Source of the DNA: a bacterium
GTDB taxonomy: Bacteria; Vulcanimicrobiota; Xenobia; Xenobiales; Xenobiaceae
NCBI GenBank assembly: GCA_017458675.1
Contig: JAFTAM010000176.1
Location: forward strand, 2,282 to 66,281
Reading direction: 5' to 3'
Length of the DNA: 64,000 nucleotides
Made by a program: the position numbers and the translations under genes
Shown here: one piece after another, positions 57,293 to 64,000 of the stretch
Numbering within the stretch: the first letter of the stretch is position 1
Layout: every line of letters begins with the position of its first letter
Notes under the pieces: generated by a model
What the model saw: only the letters and a program-made list of their open reading frames with translations
Told to the model about the DNA's origin: nothing
Database searches by the model: none

Positions 57293-57955
57293 ATGAAGTC
57301 TTTTACAACCTGCATATTTGATATGGACGGAGTTCTGTTAGATTCAGAGCCCTTCTGGCGTCAGGCCCAGATGCGGATTTTCGCTGAAGTCGGTCTGAAT
57401 TTAAACGAAGAAGACTGCCGGCAGACAACTGGGATCCGCATTGACGAACTGGTAAGATTCAGATACGGCCAACAGCCTTGGACCGGCCCTTCCTGCGCTG
57501 AGGTTTCGGCACAAATCCAAAATACGGTAGGCCTGCTAATTTCACAGCACGGAAGAACCCTGCCGGGCGTCAGAGAAGCTGTTAATTTTATGCGATCCCA
57601 AGGGCTGAGACTGGCGCTGGCCTCTTCTTCCTCGCTGCAGCTCATTGACATCACCCTTAAGACCTTAGGACTTCAAAATTGCTTTGAGCTCATCCATTCA
57701 GCCGAAAACGAACCCTTAGGCAAGCCGCATCCGGCCGTCTTTCTGCATACGGCTGAAAAGCTGGGCGAAAAGCCGGTAAGCTGTCTGGTAATCGAAGATT
57801 CCTTAAATGGAGTAATAGCCGCCAAAGCTGCTCAAATGACCTGCGTTGTCGTTCCCGACCGTGCCGATAACGATAACCCTAAATTCATAATCGCCGATCT
57901 GACTCTGAAGAATCTGACGGAGCTGCCAGCGCGCTGGCCCGACATAGTAAAGTAA
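57293..57955 (+). CDS. HAD-superfamily sugar-phosphate phosphatase (beta-PGM/YniC-like subfamily)
   Basis: Motif I FDMDGVLLDSEP. Motif III GKPHPAVF. Motif IV EDSLNGVIAAKAA. Confidence 0.8.
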   Translation: MKSFTTCIFDMDGVLLDSEPFWRQAQMRIFAEVGLNLNEEDCRQTTGIRIDELVRFRYGQQPWTGPSCAEVSAQIQNTVGLLISQHGRTLPGVREAVNFMRSQGLRLALASSSSLQLIDITLKTLGLQNCFELIHSAENEPLGKPHPAVFLHTAEKLGEKPVSCLVIEDSLNGVIAAKAAQMTCVVVPDRADNDNPKFIIADLTLKNLTELPARWPDIVK

Positions 57956-57957
57956 GA

Positions 57958-58167
57958 TTATGCTTAGCAAATAATTGGGCTTTGCCTCATCATCCTGAGC
58001 GCAGCGAAGAATCTTTCAGCATGTTTTACATGTTTTCGCTGTGTCGGTTTTCTTTTGCACTTCGCTCCGCGCTCGCCGTAACCGGAGCTCGGACGCTCGC
58101 TTCAGAGCAAAACAAAACCTGTGTATAACATGTCTGCTTAAAGCCTGCTTTTGCTTAACTTACCGAC
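57958..58167 (-). repeat. Dispersed intergenic repeat, copy D (inverted orientation, between convergent genes)
   Basis: Reverse complement of GGTACTGTCGGTAAGTTAAGCAAAAGCAGGCTTTAAGCAGACATG...GAAAGATTCTTCGCTGCGCTCAGGATGATGAGG. Confidence 0.8.
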
Positions 58168-58190
58168 AGTACCGCGCCCGCCGTCCGTAT

Positions 58191-59576
58191 TTACTCCCTC
58201 TCTGAAATACAGAAGGGCGCCCAGGAGCTAAGAATCAAAATACAGGCCGTCGGGATTATTCCCCAATAGAAACTGGAACTTTTGCCGCCCAGAAAGGCAA
58301 AGACCGCAAAGCCCAACAGGAAGCCGCCTAAAACCAAGCTCAAACCTTTGGGCAGATATTTTAAGGAAAGCAGAGACAGAACAAATAAAACCGGTCCCAC
58401 AATCGCCCAGCAGGCATAGAAGGGCTCGGCGTACTGCAGCATAGTCAGCAGAAACTGCCAGCCGCCGCTGCCGGAATCGGGATCGAACAAACCGCATGGC
58501 AGGAGCTCCGGCAGGCAGCTGAATACGGTGAAAAGGTGAACTGCCAGGAAAGTCAGGCCTATAGCCAAGGGCAAACACGTCCAGCCTTTTTTCTCCCATT
58601 TTTCCGCATAAGCCGCTGCAGGCAGCAGCAGAGCCGGCAAAAGCATGAATTCTCTGGTTATCGCAGCCATTATAAGGCAAAGAGAAGCTCCCAGGCTATG
58701 TCGGCGCACAATAAAGGGCAGGCTGAAGATCACGAAAAACATAGCCCAGTATTCGGTCATAAGCATCAGCCAGGAGGAAACCCCATAAAAGAAAAGCGGG
58801 CCTATAGCCGCGGCGGCCGCATAGGCCGGCAGAGAGCCGATAATGGCTTCTCCGGCCCGCCAGACGCTGTACATAGCCAGAGCTGAAAAGATCAGAAATA
58901 AGTAGGTAACTCCCATTCCCCAGCCCCAGGTGCAGTACTTCCAAAGCATAAAACAGGAGGGCAGACGGTAACCGAAAGCAAAGGGCGGCGCTATTCCGAC
59001 ATTGCCGCTCAGCAGACAGTTCTCAGCTATTGCCGAATAGACAGACTGCCCTTCGCAGACCCTGTAATACATCTGTCTGTATAAAGAGCCGTCATTGCCG
59101 ACCGGCCGCCTGCCTGAATCGATCTGCATAGCCGCGGAAAAACCGGGATTCAGGCAGAGGCTCTGCAGAGCCAGCAAAAGGGCCGTCGCTCCCAAAACTC
59201 CCAGCGCAAAGCGGCGCTCTTTAAACAGCGGTTTTTCTCCCCATAGGCTCCATAAAAGACCGGCCGCCAATGCAGCCAAAGTGAGGCTGAGCGTATGAGC
59301 ATCCAAAAAACCGTTTGTCAAACCGGCGGTAACCGCATCCCGGCCCAGCAGCAGAGAAGTAAAATCGCTCCTGACCAGCAGAAAGGCGCACAGAGCATTG
59401 ATCAGAGCGGCTTTCAAAGGTTTATGCCGGGTTTCAGGCATCAAGGAGTACAAAAACCAAGCGCATATGAAAGGTACCAGCCACACCGCAGGCTGCCACA
59501 CCGAAGCGCTCAAGGCGCACCAAAGCAGCAGCGTCCCTAGTGTTGAACCTAAAAATTTTAGACTTTCCGAGCTCAT
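58191..59576 (-). CDS. Polytopic integral membrane protein (possible GT-C-type glycosyltransferase)
   Basis: 461 aa with more than 10 hydrophobic helices. The family call is tentative. Confidence 0.4.
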   Translation of the reverse strand: MSSESLKFLGSTLGTLLLWCALSASVWQPAVWLVPFICAWFLYSLMPETRHKPLKAALINALCAFLLVRSDFTSLLLGRDAVTAGLTNGFLDAHTLSLTLAALAAGLLWSLWGEKPLFKERRFALGVLGATALLLALQSLCLNPGFSAAMQIDSGRRPVGNDGSLYRQMYYRVCEGQSVYSAIAENCLLSGNVGIAPPFAFGYRLPSCFMLWKYCTWGWGMGVTYLFLIFSALAMYSVWRAGEAIIGSLPAYAAAAAIGPLFFYGVSSWLMLMTEYWAMFFVIFSLPFIVRRHSLGASLCLIMAAITREFMLLPALLLPAAAYAEKWEKKGWTCLPLAIGLTFLAVHLFTVFSCLPELLPCGLFDPDSGSGGWQFLLTMLQYAEPFYACWAIVGPVLFVLSLLSLKYLPKGLSLVLGGFLLGFAVFAFLGGKSSSFYWGIIPTACILILSSWAPFCISERE

Positions 59577-59589
59577 TTCGCATCAGCCA

Positions 59590-60279
59590 TTAAACCGATC
59601 TGTGCACTTCTAAACCGTTGACGCACATAGCCGGCTGAGGACGGCAGGGACAGATATATTCGCAGGCCCCGCAGCCCATACAGCGCTCGGGATCGACTAC
59701 AATCTGCACCTTTTTGGGATCGCTCTCCAAAGGGACTGCGCTTATGGCGCCGTTGGGACAGATCTTCTGGCAGGCCTTGCAGGAGGCTCCGCGGCTGTTC
59801 AGGCAAATCTGACCGTTCCATTCCGCCAAGCCCACCTGCAGAGCCGTCTTGCGGGAAGCGCTCAGGGGCTGAATGGCCCCGGCGGGACACACCTGCGAGC
59901 ATTTTACGCATTCGGGACGACAGTAGCCGTTTTCAAAAGACATGGCCGGCTGTTCTAAATTTAAAAGTCCGTATTTAGCGTCTATTACCTTATGTGAAGC
60001 CTTTACGTTCAGAACTCGGTTGGGACAGCTGCTCACACAGAGCTGACAGCCGACGCAGCGCCGGTGAAAGTTAGCCAGACTCTGCGCGCCGAAGGGAACT
60101 ATATAGCATTTTCTTTCCGGATTGACTCTGGCCGGCCGGCCGCTCGCCTTCTTCTCCTCAGCCAAAGCCTCGCCGCTTATGCCCGCCGCCAGCAGAGAGC
60201 CTACAACCGTACCCAGGAAGCCGCGCCTGCTGCAGCCGCTTTCGTGTTCACTGTATGAGCTTTTTTCTTTATTGTCCAT
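59590..60279 (-). CDS. NapG/MauM-like periplasmic ferredoxin with Tat signal and four [4Fe-4S] motifs
   Basis: Tat motif SRRGFLGTVVGSLLAAG. Cluster motifs CVGCQLCVSSCP, CRPECVKCSQVCP, CKACQKICP, CMGCGACEYICP. Confidence 0.7.
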   Translation of the reverse strand: MDNKEKSSYSEHESGCSRRGFLGTVVGSLLAAGISGEALAEEKKASGRPARVNPERKCYIVPFGAQSLANFHRRCVGCQLCVSSCPNRVLNVKASHKVIDAKYGLLNLEQPAMSFENGYCRPECVKCSQVCPAGAIQPLSASRKTALQVGLAEWNGQICLNSRGASCKACQKICPNGAISAVPLESDPKKVQIVVDPERCMGCGACEYICPCRPQPAMCVNGLEVHRSV

Positions 60280-60304
60280 AGTTTCTTCTCCCCTCTGCAG
60301 CGAG

Positions 60305-61153
60305 CTATTGCTCCTCAGCTTCGGCAGCGGCTCTGCCGGACCTTGCCGCCAGGCCTATAGCCTTTTTAGGACATGCCTCCAGGCAGTTGAAGCATTTTAC
60401 GCACGAAGCGTTATTTACCGAAAAATTAGGAACGTCGATACAGCTTACCTTACATCCCCTGGCGCAGGAACCGCATTTAATACATTTTTCTTTGTCGATG
60501 GCTATAACCTTATAAGACTTAGCCGCGAAAAATCCCAGAAAAGTTCCTACCGGGCAGACTTTCCTGCACCAGAAGCGCTTTTGCCATAAGGCCGCCGCCA
60601 GCGCAAAGAGGCCGATAATTAAAGCCGCCGCCGTCGATAAAAGGCTCTGCGAAGCATATTTAACCGGAACCAGGCCAAGACTCTCGCCCAGCCAGGAGAC
60701 CAGCAGATTATTGATAAATGCGGCGGCAGGGTTAAATATATCATTCATCAGACGTCCAAATATAGCGTAGGGAGAAAGCAGCGAAAAGATGATATTTATT
60801 CCCAGCGCCAGAGAAGCTATGTAGAAAATCAATATGACTAAACGCAGCCGGCAGCCGGAATCGTCATATTTGCCGTCAAAGCTGCGCCGTTTTTTCGGAA
60901 CCAGACGAGCGGCCAAATCCTGCAGAATGCCCAAAGGACAGACAAAAGAGCAGTAAACGCGCCCCAGCAGAAAAGTTATGATTAGCCATATTAAGGCTGC
61001 AAAGCTCAAAGCCAGCACAGACTCGGTAAACTGGATCCCGGGCAGCCAGCTCAGCCATTTCACCGCCCAGCCGCTGTTGGCAAAATTGGCAAATAAACAT
61101 ACAAAGCCCAGCAGCACCACAACAGCCGATGCTATTCTCAATTTTTTCAGCAT
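60305..61153 (-). CDS. NapH/MauN-family membrane-bound ferredoxin-type (quinol dehydrogenase) subunit
   Basis: Four TM helices. Two CxxCP motifs (RVYCSFVCPLG, RFWCRKVCPVG). Two C-terminal ferredoxin motifs (CIKCGSCARGC, CVKCFNCLEACP). Confidence 0.7.
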   Translation of the reverse strand: MLKKLRIASAVVVLLGFVCLFANFANSGWAVKWLSWLPGIQFTESVLALSFAALIWLIITFLLGRVYCSFVCPLGILQDLAARLVPKKRRSFDGKYDDSGCRLRLVILIFYIASLALGINIIFSLLSPYAIFGRLMNDIFNPAAAFINNLLVSWLGESLGLVPVKYASQSLLSTAAALIIGLFALAAALWQKRFWCRKVCPVGTFLGFFAAKSYKVIAIDKEKCIKCGSCARGCKVSCIDVPNFSVNNASCVKCFNCLEACPKKAIGLAARSGRAAAEAEEQ

Positions 61154-61194
61154 ACTGCACTAACCTCCGCCTTCTGAGAACCGACATCCGCGCC

Positions 61195-62592
61195 TCAGCT
61201 GCGGCTGCGTCTGATATTCTCGGTAAAATGCTGAATATTTTCCAGCTCGGAAGGGATATTGATATTCTGCGGACACTTGCGCAGACAGGCGCCGCAGCCT
61301 ATGCAGCGATCCGCCTGGGCCGACGGATCGAAACTGCGCTCATAGCCGCCCAGATACTCATTCCTGGCTTTTACATAATTGGGATCGAACGAGCTCTGCG
61401 GCATTTCCGCTTCCACCACGCATTTGTTGTAATGCCTGAACAGTCCGGGGATGTCAACTCCGAAAGGACAGGGCATACAGTACTCGCAGCCGGTGCAGGG
61501 TATGCGCTTGGCCTTGTCGCTCACTCCCAGAGCCCGCTGCAGAGTCTTGTGCTCACCGTCTGACAAGGGTTCAAAAGGCGCAAAGGTTTGCAGATTATCC
61601 TCCAGATGCTCTATGTAAGTCATCCCGCTCAGAGTCGTCAGAACGTTGGGCAGAGAGCCGCAGAAGCGGAAGGCCCAGGAGGCCACGCTGCGCTGAGGCG
61701 CCGCTTCCTTGAGAATGGCGTTGCCGCCGCCCGGCAGACTGGCCAATGCGCCGCCCAAAAGCGGCTCCATGATCGTAACCTGAATATTGCGGGCGGCCAG
61801 CTTATCGTACATGCCCTTGGCCGTCACCGGATGCTTGGCGTCATTATTGGCCGGTCCCAGCTCCCAGTCGTGATAATTGAGCTGAATCTGCACAAAGTCC
61901 CAGTCAACGGGCAGCGAGAGCATATAGTCAAAGAGCTCGGAATTGCCGTGGAACGACCAGCCCAGGCACCTTATGCGTCCCTGCTTTTTCTGCTCCAGCA
62001 AATAATCCAGCACGCCGTATTCTTCATAGACCCGTCTATATTTTTCCATATTATTGACGTTGTGCAGCAGATAATAGTCAATATAATCGGTCTGCAGATT
62101 GGCCAGCTGTTCTTCAAAGATGCGCTTGGCATGATCCAGGCTTTCGACTATGCGTCCCGGCATTTTGGTAGCCAGATAAAAGCTTTTGCGAGGATATTTC
62201 TTCAAGGCCCGGCCCACAAAGGCTTCGGATTTGCCGCCGTGATAGACGTAGGCGGTATCGTAATAGTTTACGCCGCCGGCATAGGCCGTATCGATCAGGC
62301 GCTGTCCCATCTCCTCGTCAATCTCGCCCGCCTTGGCGCCGTTAGTAAGAGTAGGGAAACGCATACAGCCGTAACCCAGCAAAGAGACTTTATCCTGATT
62401 GCGCTTATTGAGGCGGTAGGCCATCTCACCCAGCTTTTTGCGTATCAAGGCCGCTTTTTCAGCCGTATTTAAAGCCTCTGCCGCCTTATCGGAACTGCAG
62501 CCGGCAAACAGGGAAGCGCCGGCCAAAGCCGCTCCTCCGCCCAGCCATTCCAGAAACTGGCGTTTGCTGATTTTATTTTCAGAGCCGTCCAT
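61195..62592 (-). CDS. Aldo/keto reductase fused to C-terminal 2x[4Fe-4S] ferredoxin domain, with Tat-type signal and lipobox
   Basis: KRQFLEWLGGGAALAGASLFAGCSS (twin-basic KR variant plus L-F-A-G-C lipobox). AKR core YYDTAYVYHGGKSE. C-terminus CTGCEYCMPCP and CIGCGACLRKCP. Confidence 0.75.
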   Translation of the reverse strand: MDGSENKISKRQFLEWLGGGAALAGASLFAGCSSDKAAEALNTAEKAALIRKKLGEMAYRLNKRNQDKVSLLGYGCMRFPTLTNGAKAGEIDEEMGQRLIDTAYAGGVNYYDTAYVYHGGKSEAFVGRALKKYPRKSFYLATKMPGRIVESLDHAKRIFEEQLANLQTDYIDYYLLHNVNNMEKYRRVYEEYGVLDYLLEQKKQGRIRCLGWSFHGNSELFDYMLSLPVDWDFVQIQLNYHDWELGPANNDAKHPVTAKGMYDKLAARNIQVTIMEPLLGGALASLPGGGNAILKEAAPQRSVASWAFRFCGSLPNVLTTLSGMTYIEHLEDNLQTFAPFEPLSDGEHKTLQRALGVSDKAKRIPCTGCEYCMPCPFGVDIPGLFRHYNKCVVEAEMPQSSFDPNYVKARNEYLGGYERSFDPSAQADRCIGCGACLRKCPQNINIPSELENIQHFTENIRRSRS

Positions 62593-62780
62593 TCTCGCCT
62601 CCCTTTAATCTGCAGTTTACAAAAACAGCCTCCTCAATCTGTGATTATAATAATGCCAGCAGAATAAGGAGACTGTCGCAACAAAATATAAAATATAGAT
62701 ACCTTGAATTTACGTCATTACCTGCCGATAAATACAGAATAATTCGCTATTGTTCACAATAACATTGATATTATGCTAGC

Positions 62781-63977
62781 TTAACTGTTTTCCGTAGGAG
62801 GCTCAACGGCCATATAGTCCTTAGCCATTCTCTGCAGATACTCTTTAGTCAAACTGTTGATGCGCTCAAAGTCTGGACCGGCCAGAACCATGCCGACATG
62901 GTGGTCCTTGTGCATGCGCCAATAGACCTCAGGATCGTTATACGCGGAAGTATCGGGTTCGGCCTGACGGGCCAGACTCACCAGCAGGGAGGCGCTGTCA
63001 TGCCGCCTCTTAGGAACCTTGTACTCCTCTCCCCTGACATAGGCGACTTCCAGCTTGGCCCATTCTTTCCACATATTCAGGCCGGTGGCCGCCTCGACCA
63101 TCATATCTATTCTGGCGCCGCCCACTCGCGCCGCAATTTCCAGGAAATAGATCTGTCCGTCTTTTACCGAGCGTATAAATTCAGCATGGGTTACGCCGCG
63201 CTGAATCTTCATGGCTTTAACTACTCTTTTGTTCATTTCCGCCACTTCAGGCTCTTCTTCATAGCCTTCGGGCAGAGTCTGCGTACAGAAGACGCCGCCG
63301 AAATTCCAGATATCAAAGGGCGGCTTTACATAGCGCGAAACGTTGGTAAAGACGATCTTGTGGTTCCAGACAATAGAATCGACATGATAGACGCTGCCGG
63401 GGATATACTCCTCCAAAAGGCGGTGGCTCTGCTCGTCTCCGAGCTTATCAACGGTATCCCAGAACTCCTGAGGATTGGAAATCTTCTTAATGCCTATCGA
63501 ACCGGCCTCAGAGCGAGGTTTCAGGAACCAGGGCGCCGGAACTTCAGCCATAAATTCTCTGATTCTGTCATAATTCAGAACATGGACAAAGCGAGGGCAC
63601 AGAATATTCTCTTCGCGAGCCTGAACCCTCATGGCCAGCTTATCGCGGAAGTAGCGGGCAGTCGTGTCGCCCATGCCGTGAATGCGCAGATGCTCGCGGA
63701 TGAAGGCGGCCATTTCCACGTCAAAATCGTCCATGGGAACGATCAGATCAAAGACCAAAGTCCTGGCCAAATAGGAAACGGCGTTCAGGACCTCGTTCCT
63801 ATCGGTAAATTCCGGGATATAGAAGGTGTCGTCAATACAATCGCGGGCCCAGGGTTCGTCCTTAAGGCTCAGCTTAGTCAATAAATAAATTTTGCAGCCC
63901 AGTCTATGGCATTCTTCCAAAAACAAATTGCCTTTAAAATAACTGGCGACGACTAAAACTGAAATCGGCTTATCCAA
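62781..63977 (-). CDS. ATP-grasp domain protein (carboxylate-amine ligase-like)
   Basis: Segments WFLKPRSEAGSIGIKKISNPQEF and EEYIPGSVYHVDSIVWNHKIVF resemble ATP-grasp B and C subdomain motifs. Low certainty. Confidence 0.45.
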   Translation of the reverse strand: MDKPISVLVVASYFKGNLFLEECHRLGCKIYLLTKLSLKDEPWARDCIDDTFYIPEFTDRNEVLNAVSYLARTLVFDLIVPMDDFDVEMAAFIREHLRIHGMGDTTARYFRDKLAMRVQAREENILCPRFVHVLNYDRIREFMAEVPAPWFLKPRSEAGSIGIKKISNPQEFWDTVDKLGDEQSHRLLEEYIPGSVYHVDSIVWNHKIVFTNVSRYVKPPFDIWNFGGVFCTQTLPEGYEEEPEVAEMNKRVVKAMKIQRGVTHAEFIRSVKDGQIYFLEIAARVGGARIDMMVEAATGLNMWKEWAKLEVAYVRGEEYKVPKRRHDSASLLVSLARQAEPDTSAYNDPEVYWRMHKDHHVGMVLAGPDFERINSLTKEYLQRMAKDYMAVEPPTENS

Positions 63978-64000
63978 AATCTTATTGCTCCTGTATAATT

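Noticed and set aside
62898-63884. 328-aa plus-strand ORF
   Set aside because: It is antisense to the ATP-grasp-like gene 62781-63977, which has a better start context and ATP-grasp-like motifs. No motifs on the plus frame.

Overview
This is a GC-rich (roughly 55-60 percent by eye, not computed) chromosomal segment from a probably anaerobic, diderm bacterium. The evidence is many lipobox lipoproteins, Tat-exported iron-sulfur proteins and an EFR1 ferredoxin. I make out about 43 coding regions.

The main coding content, in order:
- 1-2667 (-): a partial hybrid sensor histidine kinase with two receiver domains.
- 3562-8298: three surface or secreted proteins (a BspA-type LRR lipoprotein with a PT-repeat linker, a Big_2 lipoprotein, and a secreted hypothetical).
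- 8614-10248 (-): an HTH/coiled-coil protein with a long polyacidic EDEEYA repeat tail.
- 10377-15331: birA divergent from a sodium-pumping oxaloacetate-decarboxylase-type operon (oadG, oadA, oadB).
- 15702-18636: a small redox set (tandem-ABM protein, YciI, flavin reductase, EFR1 ferredoxin).
- 19225-23896: a YVTN propeller, Cys-rich small protein, S41 peptidase, miaB operon.
- 26062-37030: paralogous secreted and membrane proteins, a 5'-3' exonuclease, a nitroreductase-like lipoprotein, an exported EEP nuclease and its truncated duplicate.
- 37345-53380: a 16-kb PUFA/secondary-lipid synthase locus of PfaD (enoyl reductase, ER), PfaA (KS-AT-ACPx3-KR-DH) and a fused PfaB/C-like protein (KS-CLF-AT-DH-DH). 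The gene order is myxobacterial-like but there is no AGPAT domain and no PPTase nearby.
- 53490-55372: two tandem glycine-zipper/proline-rich paralogs of unknown function, directly downstream of the synthase.
- 55771-56926: a 1.2-kb AT-rich gene-less island (about 33 percent GC) bracketed by direct copies of a dispersed repeat.
- 57293-63977: a HAD phosphatase, a polytopic membrane protein, a NapG/NapH-like quinol dehydrogenase pair next to a Tat-exported lipoprotein aldo/keto reductase with a ferredoxin domain, and an ATP-grasp protein.

The window is unusually rich in repeats. A roughly 190-260 bp dispersed element occurs five times, usually oriented toward a downstream gene. Its 30-nt palindromic core (GTCATTCTGAGCGNAGCGAAGAATCT, paired with GGCTCAGGATGACA) occurs about 14 times in total, roughly one per 5 kb.

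I found no rRNA, tRNA, CRISPR array or obvious mobile-element genes. Most plus-strand ORFs in the track that overlap minus-strand genes are antisense artefacts of GC-rich, repeat-rich coding sequence. Specific examples are listed under noticed_but_rejected.
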